Shown piece by piece: positions 50,256 to 60,426 of a stretch of 64,000 bases of DNA. Source of the DNA: Myxococcota bacterium (GTDB lineage: Bacteria; Myxococcota_A; UBA796; GCA-2862545); contig JBCCQY010000002.1 of assembly GCA_039208735.1 (NCBI GenBank), positions 1 through 64,000 of the forward strand. Reading direction: 5' to 3'. A model generated the notes under the pieces. The model was not told the DNA's origin. It saw only the letters and a list, made by a program, of their open reading frames with translations, and searched no databases. Position numbers and translations under genes: made by a program. Position 1 is the first letter of the stretch. Each line of letters opens with the position of its first letter.

Positions 50256-50840
50256 ATGCAATTCGATCCTGACATTACGGGCTTTACAGGTCCGATCGGC
50301 CAGCCGGGAATCCCGCTGGTCCCGAATATTGGCGTTGGACATCTATTGTCGCTAACAGGCTCAACGCTAATTGGCAGTGCCTTTTTCGACCGGACGAAAC
50401 CTCCACAAGCCGCTTCCGCGTTCGGACGAAATACGGACAGCTGGCACTGGACGCAGGCGGGTTCAGAGTGGCCATCCGTCGGGTTTCGGCTTCGCATTCG
50501 AACCAATCCGCCCTTCAAACCACACATCGGCGACTACGCGATCTGGACGGATCAGGCCTTCACTCCTACCACCCAGCTTCCCCCTACCGTTCCTCGCTTT
50601 CGGATTGTGCGAGAATCCGATCAGAAACTCCTGGGTGAGCTTCGCGTCGTCAAGGAGGGTTCCAAATGGCGACAGACCTGGTGGTCTCAAGCTTCGGTTC
50701 TGACCAATAAGCTTATCGAAATCAAGGCGGATGTCGATTACCGTTTCGAACCGATGAGCGGTCCCTCCGCACTCAATCCTGCCACGCTTCACATCGTTGA
50801 GCACGGGCTCACGAGTCTGACGAAGGTAACTCCCGGATAA
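50256..50840 (+). CDS. Orphan hypothetical protein, visibly lower G+C
   Basis: GAGGGAGAG SD and a 194-aa open frame. No recognised motif. Confidence 0.6.
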   Translation: MQFDPDITGFTGPIGQPGIPLVPNIGVGHLLSLTGSTLIGSAFFDRTKPPQAASAFGRNTDSWHWTQAGSEWPSVGFRLRIRTNPPFKPHIGDYAIWTDQAFTPTTQLPPTVPRFRIVRESDQKLLGELRVVKEGSKWRQTWWSQASVLTNKLIEIKADVDYRFEPMSGPSALNPATLHIVEHGLTSLTKVTPG

Positions 50841-53082
50841 GTCGAATCCCAACGCTGGAATAGCGACCGCGGAAGTGACCCCCGAATCGGCCTGCACTGC
50901 GGCTCAAACGACCCTCGCTGGTCCAGGAGCCCCCCCGTGCGTTGCGGGTCTCCCCCGGCTCGGGGCCTAAGCCGCGAACTTCCGTGCCGTCGTCCGGTCC
51001 AGACGGTTCGTAGACGTTGCCGCACCAAATGCGCACGTTTCCTGCGACTCCGCGCACCCCGTAGACGCTGCAGTCTTCGGGGTGTTCATAAATCGACGCC
51101 CGTTGGGGGGTACCGCCCGAGCTGTGGCGCACGCGTGCCCAGGCCGCCTCGAAGTGGGACCCCCAAGGAAAGTGTCGGCCGTCGACGCCACGGGCCGATT
51201 TCTCGGCTTCCTGATCATGAAGCAGTCGCCAAGCCGAGCCCGTTTGCTCTGACCACCAGGTGGCGTACGCCTGCGCCGCGGTCCAAGTGATGAGGGCAAC
51301 GGGCCAGTCGAGCTGCCAGACCATGCTCTCGGTCCACCCCTCCAGCCCAAAGCCGTCTGGGCCCAGCCGCACGGCATAGCGGACCGCACCACCATCGACC
51401 GTGGTGCCCGGGGCCATCTCCCAGGCGCGGTCCACCTGCCCATCGCGCCACAGGTGGTTGAGGAACGCCAAGTACTGGCGATTGGTCACCACGTGTTTCT
51501 GCACGAGCCGATCCGCGATGAACAATCGTCGACGCCGCAGCCCGTCCAGCGCCACCGGGTCACCGCCCGAGACGAACCAGCCCGCAGGCATCCAACAGGC
51601 ATCGCCCAGCCCTTCCGCTGGAGGCAATCGATGACGCCAAGGCTCAGTTTGTCCAGGCCGGACCGTGACCCACGACTCACCGCTTTCGACAAACGCCGGA
51701 ATGCCGAGGGGTGGCCTCCCTTCTGGATGCAAGGTCAACAACAGGCTCCCGGACGGCACGTCGACCTCGCGCAAGGGGGTTCGACCCAGTTCCTTCACCG
51801 GCACGGGCACCAGCCGCCGATGCTGAACTTCAAACCTCGACAACTTCACCAGCACCCCTTCGGGCTCCGTGATCAACGTCAACGCGGCTCGCCCGCGGAG
51901 GTAGCGCTGGTATCGGCCCTGGTCGTGCTGCTTGAGGAGCTGCCGGTGGCGAACCTCTGCCAAGTGGTCCGAGCGTGCGGCGGCCCGCTTCGCATGGTGG
52001 TGGTGATGGTGGGCCAGCATTTCGTGGGCCTCGGGCAGGTCTGGGGACGTCTGGAGCGCCGCATGAACCATGCGGAACCAATCGACCCGCACGGACTCCG
52101 CCTCGGCCTCCCAACGCTCGGCCTCGTCCAGTGCCGCCCACGCCTCGTACTTCTCGGAGGGGTCCGCGTGGCTGCTCAGAAGTCGCAACGCGGCCTCGCC
52201 TTCCTCCAATCGCGATTGCGCCTGCGCCTCGAGCCGTTCGCAATCTTGGTTGACCACCTCTGCGGCCTCGAGCAGGGCCAGCGCCTCTTCACGCTTCGCC
52301 TCACCATCGAGTTCGGCTTCGATGGCATCGGCAAACGCAAGTGCGGAAGGTCGTTCAGCCGCCTGGCGCGCCTGGGTCCGGTCCACGAGGTCCGACAGCA
52401 TGTCGGTGCCAAACCGGTCCATGATTTCCTGGAGGACGCGACCCAGGGCGAAGACGTCGGTCCCTCCTTCGACGGTGCCCCCACCTTGTTGCTCCGGCGC
52501 CATGTAGCCAGGCGTCCCGAGTCCTCGGCGGTCGGGCATGCCGATTCGCAGGGCGATGCCCCAGTCGAGCACTTGAACTTCGCCAAAGGGCCCCACCAGG
52601 AGGTTCTCAGGCTTCAAGTCGCAGTGCACGATGCCCTGCTCGTGGGCATAGGCGACGCCGCGAGCGATCGAGGCGAGGTGCGTCAAGAGGCGAGGGAGAG
52701 ACACGTCCGCTTGACTGACCATCTCGCGCAGGGTCAGCCCACGCACCCGCCGCATCGCGTACCAGGGCCGGCCGTCCGACAGCACCCCGCGTGCATGCAC
52801 CGCCACGATCGCGGGATGATCGAGCCGGGCCATGGTGAGCGACTCATCATGAAATCGGCGTACAATGTCTGGGTCGCGAAGGCACGATGGAGCCAGCACC
52901 TTGATGGCTACATCGCGCGACATTCGTTCATCCCAGGCGAGGCGTACCTCTCCCATCCCCCCGTGTGCGATCAATCCCTTGTCGACGTACCCTTCAGGAA
53001 GTTCGACGTCAGGCTGATGGATCGGCGCGTCGGAGGGCTCACCCACCCAGGTGCGCGCCGTTCGTTCCGACTCCGGTTCCAT
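50809..53082 (-). CDS. Ser/Thr protein kinase - helical region - PEGA-like - FGE-sulfatase domain protein
   Basis: HGGMGEV, VAIK, HCDLKPEN, LDWG, GTPGYMAPE. C-terminal VTNRQY..EKSARG.DGR.FPWG..GNV..RGGSW..GIRL. Confidence 0.9.
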   Translation of the reverse strand: MEPESERTARTWVGEPSDAPIHQPDVELPEGYVDKGLIAHGGMGEVRLAWDERMSRDVAIKVLAPSCLRDPDIVRRFHDESLTMARLDHPAIVAVHARGVLSDGRPWYAMRRVRGLTLREMVSQADVSLPRLLTHLASIARGVAYAHEQGIVHCDLKPENLLVGPFGEVQVLDWGIALRIGMPDRRGLGTPGYMAPEQQGGGTVEGGTDVFALGRVLQEIMDRFGTDMLSDLVDRTQARQAAERPSALAFADAIEAELDGEAKREEALALLEAAEVVNQDCERLEAQAQSRLEEGEAALRLLSSHADPSEKYEAWAALDEAERWEAEAESVRVDWFRMVHAALQTSPDLPEAHEMLAHHHHHHAKRAAARSDHLAEVRHRQLLKQHDQGRYQRYLRGRAALTLITEPEGVLVKLSRFEVQHRRLVPVPVKELGRTPLREVDVPSGSLLLTLHPEGRPPLGIPAFVESGESWVTVRPGQTEPWRHRLPPAEGLGDACWMPAGWFVSGGDPVALDGLRRRRLFIADRLVQKHVVTNRQYLAFLNHLWRDGQVDRAWEMAPGTTVDGGAVRYAVRLGPDGFGLEGWTESMVWQLDWPVALITWTAAQAYATWWSEQTGSAWRLLHDQEAEKSARGVDGRHFPWGSHFEAAWARVRHSSGGTPQRASIYEHPEDCSVYGVRGVAGNVRIWCGNVYEPSGPDDGTEVRGLGPEPGETRNARGGSWTSEGRLSRSAGRFGGHFRGRYSSVGIRLIRELPSSDS

Positions 53083-53111
53083 GTCCGGCAAAAATCCCCC
53101 AGGAGGGCAAC

Positions 53112-54026
53112 GTGGGACGCCTCGAGCATACCGCTTCGAACGTGATGCACTTGCTGCGGTCGCAGGAGGTGATCGGTCGATCGCGGGAATGTACGTTCCA
53201 GGTCGATGATCCATCCGTCTCGGGATTGCATGCAAGCCTCGCCTGGACTGGAGCGGTCTGGGTGTTGCGCGATGCCTCAAGCCTCAACGGCACCTTTGTG
53301 GATGGTGCTCGGGTCGAGCCGGGCAAGGCGGTCCGCGTGGATCGGGGGTCCGAAATCCAGTTTGGACGCTCAACACCATGGCGCCTTACCAAGGCCGGTC
53401 CTCCCCTCGCCCACGCCACTTGCTCCTCCACCGACACCATTCGCACGATGGAGGGGGGCATTTTGGAGTTTGGCGATGCAGCATCCCCCACGTGCCTCGT
53501 CCATAATGCTCGCACCCACAGCTACTGGATCGAAACGCCCCAGGATCGCTACCTGGTCGATGATGGCGAGGTTGTGCTGACCGGCGACCGCCGATGGCGA
53601 CTCCACCTCCCCGAAGCGATCATTCCCACGTCGGATGGCCAGGGGGCACCGCAGATCGATCAGCTGCGAGCGGAATTTCGCATCTCTCCCGACGAGGAGC
53701 ACGTGAGCCTCACCCTTCGGACGGCCGGCCGGCACTGGGACCTCACCACAAAGGCCCATCACTACACGCTCGTCACCCTCGCGCGGCACCGTCTTGCCGA
53801 CATCAAGGCCGGATTGGGTCCGGCCGAAGCCGGTTGGATCGACCGGCACGCCCTCCGTGATGAACTCAAGATTGGCGACAATCTGCTCTATACCCACCTC
53901 TTTCGTGCGCGAAACGAGCTTCGAGAGCTCGGCATTGAGCACGCCGCAGCGCTCGTGGAACGCCGGTCGGGCGCTGGCCAACTGCGCATCGGAATCAGAG
54001 ATTTAGAGGTTCTTCCAATCATTTAG
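53112..54026 (+). CDS. FHA-domain protein with C-terminal HTH-like region
   Basis: IGRS, VSGLHA, DASSLNGTFVDG. C-terminal GWI....L...L......HLFRAR. AGGAGG SD before the GTG at 53112. Confidence 0.88.
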   Translation: MGRLEHTASNVMHLLRSQEVIGRSRECTFQVDDPSVSGLHASLAWTGAVWVLRDASSLNGTFVDGARVEPGKAVRVDRGSEIQFGRSTPWRLTKAGPPLAHATCSSTDTIRTMEGGILEFGDAASPTCLVHNARTHSYWIETPQDRYLVDDGEVVLTGDRRWRLHLPEAIIPTSDGQGAPQIDQLRAEFRISPDEEHVSLTLRTAGRHWDLTTKAHHYTLVTLARHRLADIKAGLGPAEAGWIDRHALRDELKIGDNLLYTHLFRARNELRELGIEHAAALVERRSGAGQLRIGIRDLEVLPII

Positions 54027-54108
54027 CCGAACACGTCACGGTTCTGCAAGGTTTCGCAAGACCATTCAGGCCCGGCTTCGGCCATGGTGATGGTTGGGGG
54101 GGTTGGCC

Positions 54109-55278
54109 ATGGAGCTTGCGCCAGGAACGTGGGTGGATCGCTTTGCGGTGGAAACCACGGTGGGCGTGGGAGGAATGGGAACCGTCCACCGGGTTCGGCA
54201 TCGGGAACTCGACTCTATCCACGCCCTGAAGGTACCGCATGAGGCCACCCCCCAACGGCTGACCCAGCTGCGGCGCGAGGCTCGCATTCAGGCCCGGGTG
54301 CGACATCCAAACGTGACGCTGGCCACCGACCTCGTCCAGGTCGACGACCGGCTTGCGCTCGTCATGGAGTTTGTCGGCGGGGCCACCCTTGAAACCGTGA
54401 TCCGAGGCATGCGCGTGCCGCGGTTCGAAATGGAGTTGCTGATCCCTGGGCTGCTCGCGGGAGTCGCCGCCCTTCATGCGGGCGGGGTGGTGCACCGCGA
54501 CCTGAAGCCCGGCAACGTCCTGCTGTCGGTTCAGGGCCGTCGCGTGGTCCCGCGACTCATCGACTTCGGCCTGGCAAGCGAGATCGGCGGACGTCGCCGC
54601 GACTCGGGGTCACGCGATTTCGGGACCCCTCACTACATGGCGCCCGAGCAGTTGCGAGACCCGACCTTGGTCGATCCCCGCCTCGACGTGTACGCCTTGG
54701 GAGCCATGCTCTACGAGCTAGCCACCGGACAACGTGCGTTTCCCTCCGACGACCCCCGGGTGGTCATGGAGGCCGCATCCCGTGGGCACATCGTCGCCGT
54801 GAGGGAACTGGCGCCGGATCTCCCGGAGCGCATGGCGCGAGCCATTGAGGGCGCGCTCCACGCCAACCCCGAGCGCCGCATCGCGAACTGCGCCGCCCTG
54901 TGGCGAGCGTGGTCCGGCCCCGAGGGGCCCTCCCTCGAAGAGGCCGCCCACTCCACCCTCGGCTGGCGAGGCGTGTGGCTCGAAGAACTCCACTTCCTCG
55001 CCCCGCCGCTCGTGCCTTTGCCTCCACTGGCCCGCGCGGTGCCTCCAAGTCCCCACGACTCCCCGCCCCAGGTGCCCCGTCCGGCCCTTCGTCCCACCCG
55101 TGCTTGGTCGTGGCCTTTGCTCCTCGCCGCCACGCTTGTGGGCATCCTGCTCATCGGCGCTGGCACCTTGCTTGCGGCCTGGCTCGTGACCGCTGAACGT
55201 GCCTCATGGTCGAAGAGTGACCCCGTTCATCCCCGCACGTCCCACCTGGCCTCTCCTGGCGCGGTTCTCCCCCGATAG
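54109..55278 (+). CDS. Ser/Thr protein kinase with C-terminal TM helix
   Basis: GVGGMGTV, ALK, HRDLKPGN, DFG, GTPHYMAPE, DVYALG. Confidence 0.93.
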   Translation: MELAPGTWVDRFAVETTVGVGGMGTVHRVRHRELDSIHALKVPHEATPQRLTQLRREARIQARVRHPNVTLATDLVQVDDRLALVMEFVGGATLETVIRGMRVPRFEMELLIPGLLAGVAALHAGGVVHRDLKPGNVLLSVQGRRVVPRLIDFGLASEIGGRRRDSGSRDFGTPHYMAPEQLRDPTLVDPRLDVYALGAMLYELATGQRAFPSDDPRVVMEAASRGHIVAVRELAPDLPERMARAIEGALHANPERRIANCAALWRAWSGPEGPSLEEAAHSTLGWRGVWLEELHFLAPPLVPLPPLARAVPPSPHDSPPQVPRPALRPTRAWSWPLLLAATLVGILLIGAGTLLAAWLVTAERASWSKSDPVHPRTSHLASPGAVLPR

Positions 55279-55326
55279 GGCGCGGACGGAAGGGCCGTGG
55301 TACCAGGGTACAGAACGCGAGCCACC

Positions 55327-55704
55327 ATGACCACTCGACCTTCCACCCCTTCCAAAGCCGATGATCTGCAAAGCCGGCGTGATGCGGCACAAAACGTGTT
55401 GTGGTGGCGAGCGCAGGTCCAATGGGTGTGGCAGACACTGTTCACGATGTTGTTGCTCGTCGACTTGGGGCTGGCCGGTTGGCTCGTCTCTGGCGCAGCG
55501 AACAGCAGCAACACCGCGGTCGATCTCGGTAGCCGACTGTTTGGCGACGCCGAGGAGGCCGCCTGGCTTGGCTGGCTCACCTACTTTGGCTGGTTGTTCT
55601 TCGAGCGAATGAGCCGTGCCCGTCGGATGCGTCGATCCGCACGCCTGGCCCGTCTGCTCCTCCAACGAGGCCACCCCAAGTGGTTCTTCGCGTTGAACTC
55701 CTGA
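55327..55704 (+). CDS. Membrane protein, possibly the N-terminal fragment of 55327..57342
   Basis: Two hydrophobic helices. Ends at a TGA in frame with the next ORF. Confidence 0.5.
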   Translation: MTTRPSTPSKADDLQSRRDAAQNVLWWRAQVQWVWQTLFTMLLLVDLGLAGWLVSGAANSSNTAVDLGSRLFGDAEEAAWLGWLTYFGWLFFERMSRARRMRRSARLARLLLQRGHPKWFFALNS

Positions 55705-55719
55705 ACCGAGGACGAATCC

Positions 55720-57342
55720 GTGGCGCGTACCGAAGATGAAGCACTCGACGAGCTGCTGAATGGCGAACGCAGCCTGTCGTGGTCCCGGGTGACAACCTGG
55801 GTGGCCTCCGTCGTGACCTTGCTGGTCATCGTGGCTTTGTTGGCGGTCACGATGCAGCAGATTGCCCAGACCGATCGCGATGCGTTCGATGCCCACCTGC
55901 GGGAGGCCCGGGTGCAGCGGGCCCTCGATGCCGCGCGCGAAGTCCAGGCGATCGGGGCCGAGCAATTCTTGTCGTTTGGGGCGCCTCGGGGCGCCACCAA
56001 GTGCCAGGAGGGACTCGAGGCCGAGGGCTGCTCGGCCGGCTTCCGTCGAATCGTTCAGGACTTCGTTCACGGTCGCTTCGTCGACTTCAACGCGGTGCGG
56101 GAATTGCGTGCGGTCGCGGGGGCTGGCGGAGGCGATGAGCAAGCCTTGGCCGCCGTGATCCTCGACATCAACTCGCTCGAACGTTGGGTCGCTCCGTTGG
56201 CCGAATCGGCCGCCGATCTCGAAGGAGACGAACTGTATCGCTCCGTGACGGCCCGGCTTCCCAACGACCGTGAAGCCGCTTGGTCCCGCATCCGCGACCG
56301 CCTCGATGCCGTCTCGCTCGGCGTGAGCGGCGCCAACGAAGGCAGCTGCGAGGTGTGCGCCCGCATGCTGTGGGGCGATCCTGGTGAAGTAGCCGCCGGC
56401 GCCGCCCCCTCCTTCATCGACCCCGCAGATTCGTTCACCCTTTCTGTGTGGCAGGCGGAGTGCCTGCGGAAGCTTCCGATCCTCGCCGATCCCGCCTACG
56501 CCAACTGCGACATGACGGCGCACAGCGACGATGAGCACGAGACCGCGCAGGCGATGGGCCGGGTGACCGCCCAGGAGCGATTCGAAGCCGCAACGGCGTG
56601 GCTCGAAGCGCAGGCCTCAAGCGATGGTGAAAAGGTGTGCGATGTGCTCGAGGGTGGCTCCGGCACGGGTCGTCGGACGGTGTCGGTCATTGCGGGCCGC
56701 GCCTACAACGGCCTGGCCATGTCGCTCATCAACCGTGATGCGGTGAGTTCGTTGCATCTCAAGCAGGCGAGCGAAGCGATCAACCGGGCGATCTGCTTTC
56801 GGGAAGAGGCCAAGGAGACGCGAGCGCAGGTGGCCGCAAGTCGTGAGAACCTCGCGGTGATCGCGTATCGGCGGGCCTGGCAAAAGCAGGTGGAGGGCGA
56901 ACGAGACGACGCCAGCGAGGCGTTTGGTCAGGCTCGATGCCTGGCTGAGGCGGCCGTCGCCGACAACGCCAACCTCCCCTGGTCTTGGACGATCCTGTAC
57001 CTGACCCACACCGCATCTTCTTCGGTGTTTGCCGACCTCGATTGCGCCGAAGCGATGGGTCAACCCGACTCCGAAGTGGGCAACCGATCGCGCACCCGCG
57101 CCCGCCTCTGGCGAAAGCTCACCTTCTTCGATCCCGACGCGTTCGCACCGGAAGAGCTGCCCGGACTGTTGAGGATGTTTCCCGAAGGGGAGTTCAACCG
57201 GACCGGCTACACCAATCTCGCCCCGCTGTTAGTCGACGTCGCAGACGACCACCGGGCCCTGCGGGACGGGACCGAAGCTCCTTGGAAGGTCTTCGTCACC
57301 TCGGTCGTCGAGCCGGCGGGCATCAAGCTCCCAGGGTTTTGA
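55720..57342 (+). CDS. Hypothetical membrane-anchored Cys-containing protein with TPR-like helices
   Basis: TM segment VASVVTLLVIVALLAV and TPR-like AYNGLA..A...AI..ASRENLA. Same frame as 55327..55704. Confidence 0.6.
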   Translation: MARTEDEALDELLNGERSLSWSRVTTWVASVVTLLVIVALLAVTMQQIAQTDRDAFDAHLREARVQRALDAAREVQAIGAEQFLSFGAPRGATKCQEGLEAEGCSAGFRRIVQDFVHGRFVDFNAVRELRAVAGAGGGDEQALAAVILDINSLERWVAPLAESAADLEGDELYRSVTARLPNDREAAWSRIRDRLDAVSLGVSGANEGSCEVCARMLWGDPGEVAAGAAPSFIDPADSFTLSVWQAECLRKLPILADPAYANCDMTAHSDDEHETAQAMGRVTAQERFEAATAWLEAQASSDGEKVCDVLEGGSGTGRRTVSVIAGRAYNGLAMSLINRDAVSSLHLKQASEAINRAICFREEAKETRAQVAASRENLAVIAYRRAWQKQVEGERDDASEAFGQARCLAEAAVADNANLPWSWTILYLTHTASSSVFADLDCAEAMGQPDSEVGNRSRTRARLWRKLTFFDPDAFAPEELPGLLRMFPEGEFNRTGYTNLAPLLVDVADDHRALRDGTEAPWKVFVTSVVEPAGIKLPGF

Positions 57343-57353
57343 CGGAAGCAGCA

Positions 57354-57497
57354 CGCTCCCAACATCCCCATCCCACGCACGCCAACCGGGGAGATACGAT
57401 CCATTGAGCCCCAGCTGGGGCCCAACGCGGTTGGTGGTTGGGAGCGGTTGGGATAGCCGTGGGTCGGACCACGGCCTTGCTCGGGGGAAGGGAGCAA
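57354..57497 (+). other. Highly self-complementary intergenic region
   Basis: 10-bp IR 57354-63/57437-46, 7-bp IR 57382-88/57428-34, 14-bp palindrome 57408-21, hairpins 57456-75 and 57477-97. Confidence 0.4.
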
Positions 57498-57500
57498 CTC

Positions 57501-58301
57501 ATGGCACTCGTGGTGTGGTTCATCGCCACGACAACAGCCCATGCACAGTGCGTGGACCAGCCCACTCGGATCACGGAAGTGGAGTCGGCGGTCCTCGAAG
57601 GTCGTGATGCCGATGCCCTCAAGGCCGTTTCGCGATTGCTGGAGTCGTTTGGTTGCGGACCGCTCGCCAACGCAGAGACCCTGGCTCGCATGTGGCTCGC
57701 ACAAGCTGTGCTCTTCGACAACTCGGGCGAGACCCTGGCCGCCAACGATGCCTTGCTCGCCGCAGCAGAGCTTTCCCCGGCGACGTGGGTCGACGGCTAT
57801 GGATTGGCTATGCGTGTGCGACAGCTGCGACTCATGGCCCGCGAGAGCCTCGACGATCGCCCGAAGGGCAACGTGGAGATCGAGCCGGTGGGCTATGTCA
57901 CGGGCATCGACGGGACGCGGTACGACCGGTTTCCCGCGCGGATCCCCGCAGGGCTACATCTGGTTCAGGTCGGACCGAGCGTCAACGAAATGAAGCACGC
58001 CGAGTTGGTCGACGTGCTGCCGGAGACCGACTTGGTCGTGGTCACCAACCTGCCGCCACCTCGCCGGTCGTTGACCCTCGAAGCGCGCCGTCGTCGGCGC
58101 TTCTTCACCGGCGCTGCCTTTGCGGGGGGCGCGCTTGCCGCCTACGCACTGACCGCCGCGACCAACGCCGGGTTTGACAACAACCCACGCCGTAGCGTGG
58201 CCATCGTCAACAACTCACTGGTGGTGGCGTCGGCCGGGCTCCTGGCCACGTCGGGCACGTTCTTCGTCTACGGCGGCACGACCGGGCGGAGGGCCCGGTG
58301 A
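57501..58301 (+). CDS. Secreted/membrane hypothetical protein (helical N-domain, C-terminal hydrophobic hairpin)
   Basis: Signal ending AHA and two C-terminal hydrophobic segments. GTGA overlap with the kinase gene. Confidence 0.65.
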   Translation: MALVVWFIATTTAHAQCVDQPTRITEVESAVLEGRDADALKAVSRLLESFGCGPLANAETLARMWLAQAVLFDNSGETLAANDALLAAAELSPATWVDGYGLAMRVRQLRLMARESLDDRPKGNVEIEPVGYVTGIDGTRYDRFPARIPAGLHLVQVGPSVNEMKHAELVDVLPETDLVVVTNLPPPRRSLTLEARRRRRFFTGAAFAGGALAAYALTAATNAGFDNNPRRSVAIVNNSLVVASAGLLATSGTFFVYGGTTGRRAR

Positions 58302-59980
58302 GCGATCTTCCTGAACTGGCTGAAGGCACCCAACTCCCCGACGACCGAGGCCGCCACTTCGTCCTTGAGAAGCAGGTGGGCCGTGGCGGATTCTCGGAGG
58401 TGTACCTGGCGCGCCTCGAGCAACGCGACGGCTTGATTCGCCGCGTCGCCCTCAAGTTGCTGCATCCCGGCCTCGACCCTGAAGGTCAGCCGGTCGAGCG
58501 CATGCGCGACGAGGCCAAGCTGTTGGCTCGCCTCGAACATCCCGTGATCCTCACCGCTCACGAACTCCTCGAACTCGGCGGCCGCATGGCCATGCTCACC
58601 GAGTACGTCGAGGGGGTCGACTTCAAGGACTGCCTCGATGCGGGCATGCCGAAGGGCCCGATCCTCGAAGTGATCGAGCAGGTCGCCGAGGCGCTGCACG
58701 TTGCGTGGACCGAGCATCAGGTGGTTCACCGCGACATCAAGCCGGCCAACATCCGCATCGGCTCGCACGGCAACGTCAAGCTGCTCGACTTTGGGATCGC
58801 CCGCTACGAAGGCATCACGCGGTCCGCGCAAACCACGTCGGGAACGCTGCTGGGCACCCTCACCTACCTCGCGCCCGAACGATTCGATCTCGCAGGGGCT
58901 CCCGAGCCCGCAAGCGACATCTTTTCGCTCGGTTGCGTGCTGTTCGAAGCGTGGACCGGAACGCGGTTCTTTGGTGGCCTCGAAGCAAGCAAGTTGCTCC
59001 GGCTGACCGAAGACGCCGACCACTTCGACACCTACCTCGACGAACGGCTCCTCGAGCACGCGCTGGACCCCATTGGCCCGCTCCTCCACGGCATGCTGTC
59101 CTTCCATGCCGACGAACGCCCTTCGGCCATCGAGGTGGCCCGGCGATGCGAGCAACTCGCGGGTGCCTGGCCGGGCCGACTCACGTTGCGTCGTTGGTGT
59201 CGCGAGAGCCGCTGGCCCGACCCGTCGGGTCCCGCTGAAGACACCCCCCCGCCCATCGTGACCTCGGACGGGATCGCCCTGACATCCACGCTATCGCAGG
59301 CCCTCGATGCGCCCACGGTGCCCGTCCCTCCGCTCGAGGAGTCGGGTCCAGCGTCGAACAAGCCGGTCTGGATGACGCTCGCCGACCTTCTCACCCAACT
59401 TCCACAGGCGGCGTTGTTGGGCGGATCGGTTCTCGCTATCGTCGGCATGCTGGGTCTGGTGAGCATCATTGCGATCGTTTCTTGGTCGACGTCGTCCGTC
59501 GAAGAGCAAGTGGCGACCCTCGATGAGGATGAAGATCCTTCCTTGCTGCCCGCCACGGGTCCGTTCCCCGAACGAACCGTCGAGCCGGTAGCCGAAGAGG
59601 TCGAGCCCCTTCCGCCCGCACCCGTCCGGCCGCCGGTCCGTGCCAAGCGAACTCCCGTGGCCCCTCCGGAGCCCGTCCAGGCAGAGGTCGTGGCGGAGCC
59701 CGATGCCGATGCGCCTCGGCACCCCATTCTCGTGACGTCCGTGCCTTCGGGCGCCAACATCGAGCTGCAGGGTGAGTTCCAGAACTACACGCCCTACACC
59801 CTTGAACTGCTCTCCGGCACCTACACCCTGACGCTTTCCCTCGACGACGATCGCGTCCAACGGCGCATCAAGGTGGGTCCCTTCGCCCGCGGCTACGTGT
59901 GGTGTGTCCGCGAAAACGCTTGGAAGTCAACCAGTTCCACCGACTGGCGAGAGGCCAGCAAGGTGTGCACGACGCCTTAG
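58298..59980 (+). CDS. Transmembrane Ser/Thr protein kinase with C-terminal PEGA-like domain
   Basis: [32 protein letters not shown], a TM helix, and [16 protein letters not shown]. Confidence 0.93.
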   Translation: MSDLPELAEGTQLPDDRGRHFVLEKQVGRGGFSEVYLARLEQRDGLIRRVALKLLHPGLDPEGQPVERMRDEAKLLARLEHPVILTAHELLELGGRMAMLTEYVEGVDFKDCLDAGMPKGPILEVIEQVAEALHVAWTEHQVVHRDIKPANIRIGSHGNVKLLDFGIARYEGITRSAQTTSGTLLGTLTYLAPERFDLAGAPEPASDIFSLGCVLFEAWTGTRFFGGLEASKLLRLTEDADHFDTYLDERLLEHALDPIGPLLHGMLSFHADERPSAIEVARRCEQLAGAWPGRLTLRRWCRESRWPDPSGPAEDTPPPIVTSDGIALTSTLSQALDAPTVPVPPLEESGPASNKPVWMTLADLLTQLPQAALLGGSVLAIVGMLGLVSIIAIVSWSTSSVEEQVATLDEDEDPSLLPATGPFPERTVEPVAEEVEPLPPAPVRPPVRAKRTPVAPPEPVQAEVVAEPDADAPRHPILVTSVPSGANIELQGEFQNYTPYTLELLSGTYTLTLSLDDDRVQRRIKVGPFARGYVWCVRENAWKSTSSTDWREASKVCTTP

Positions 59981-60351
59981 GTGCCCGTGTCGCCCGTGTC
60001 GACGGGAGCTGCGGTGTCATCCTCGCTCGTATCGGCCGGGTCGGAGGGCATCTCGGAGGTGTCGGCGGTGGGGCCGGTTGGCGTGGTCTGGGAACCCACG
60101 ATCTGGCACTTCAGGCTGCACGTGCCGTCATTGGCGTTGAGCGCGCCCTCATCGCACTCCTCCTGACCCGCCCAGACGATTCCATCGCCGCACACCGCCG
60201 CCTCACAGACATTCGTGCAGGCATCGGTGTCGACGTCGTTGCCGTCGTCGCACGCTTCCTCACCCTCGACGAGCCGATTTCCGCAGGTGCCGAGGGGGAT
60301 CCAGGCACACCCACTCGGGGCGACGATGAGCATCAGCACGAGGTGAGACAC
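59977..60351 (-). CDS. Lipoprotein with myxobacterial Cys-rich repeats (DUF4215)
   Basis: [23 protein letters not shown] and CGDGIV..EECDEG, plus a DT-rich tail. Confidence 0.85.
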   Translation of the reverse strand: MSHLVLMLIVAPSGCAWIPLGTCGNRLVEGEEACDDGNDVDTDACTNVCEAAVCGDGIVWAGQEECDEGALNANDGTCSLKCQIVGSQTTPTGPTADTSEMPSDPADTSEDDTAAPVDTGDTGT

Positions 60352-60426
60352 ACAGGCTCCCGCCAGCTCCGCTTCAGCGGCGTCCGGCGAGGGGACCATA
60401 TCGCTGTGCGGAAGCCTGTGCAGGAC

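Noticed and set aside
40690..53082. Diversity-generating retroelement targeting the FGE/C-type-lectin domains
   Set aside because: No reverse transcriptase and no second copy (template repeat) of any FGE C-terminal coding region was seen in the window. A remote element acting in trans cannot be excluded.
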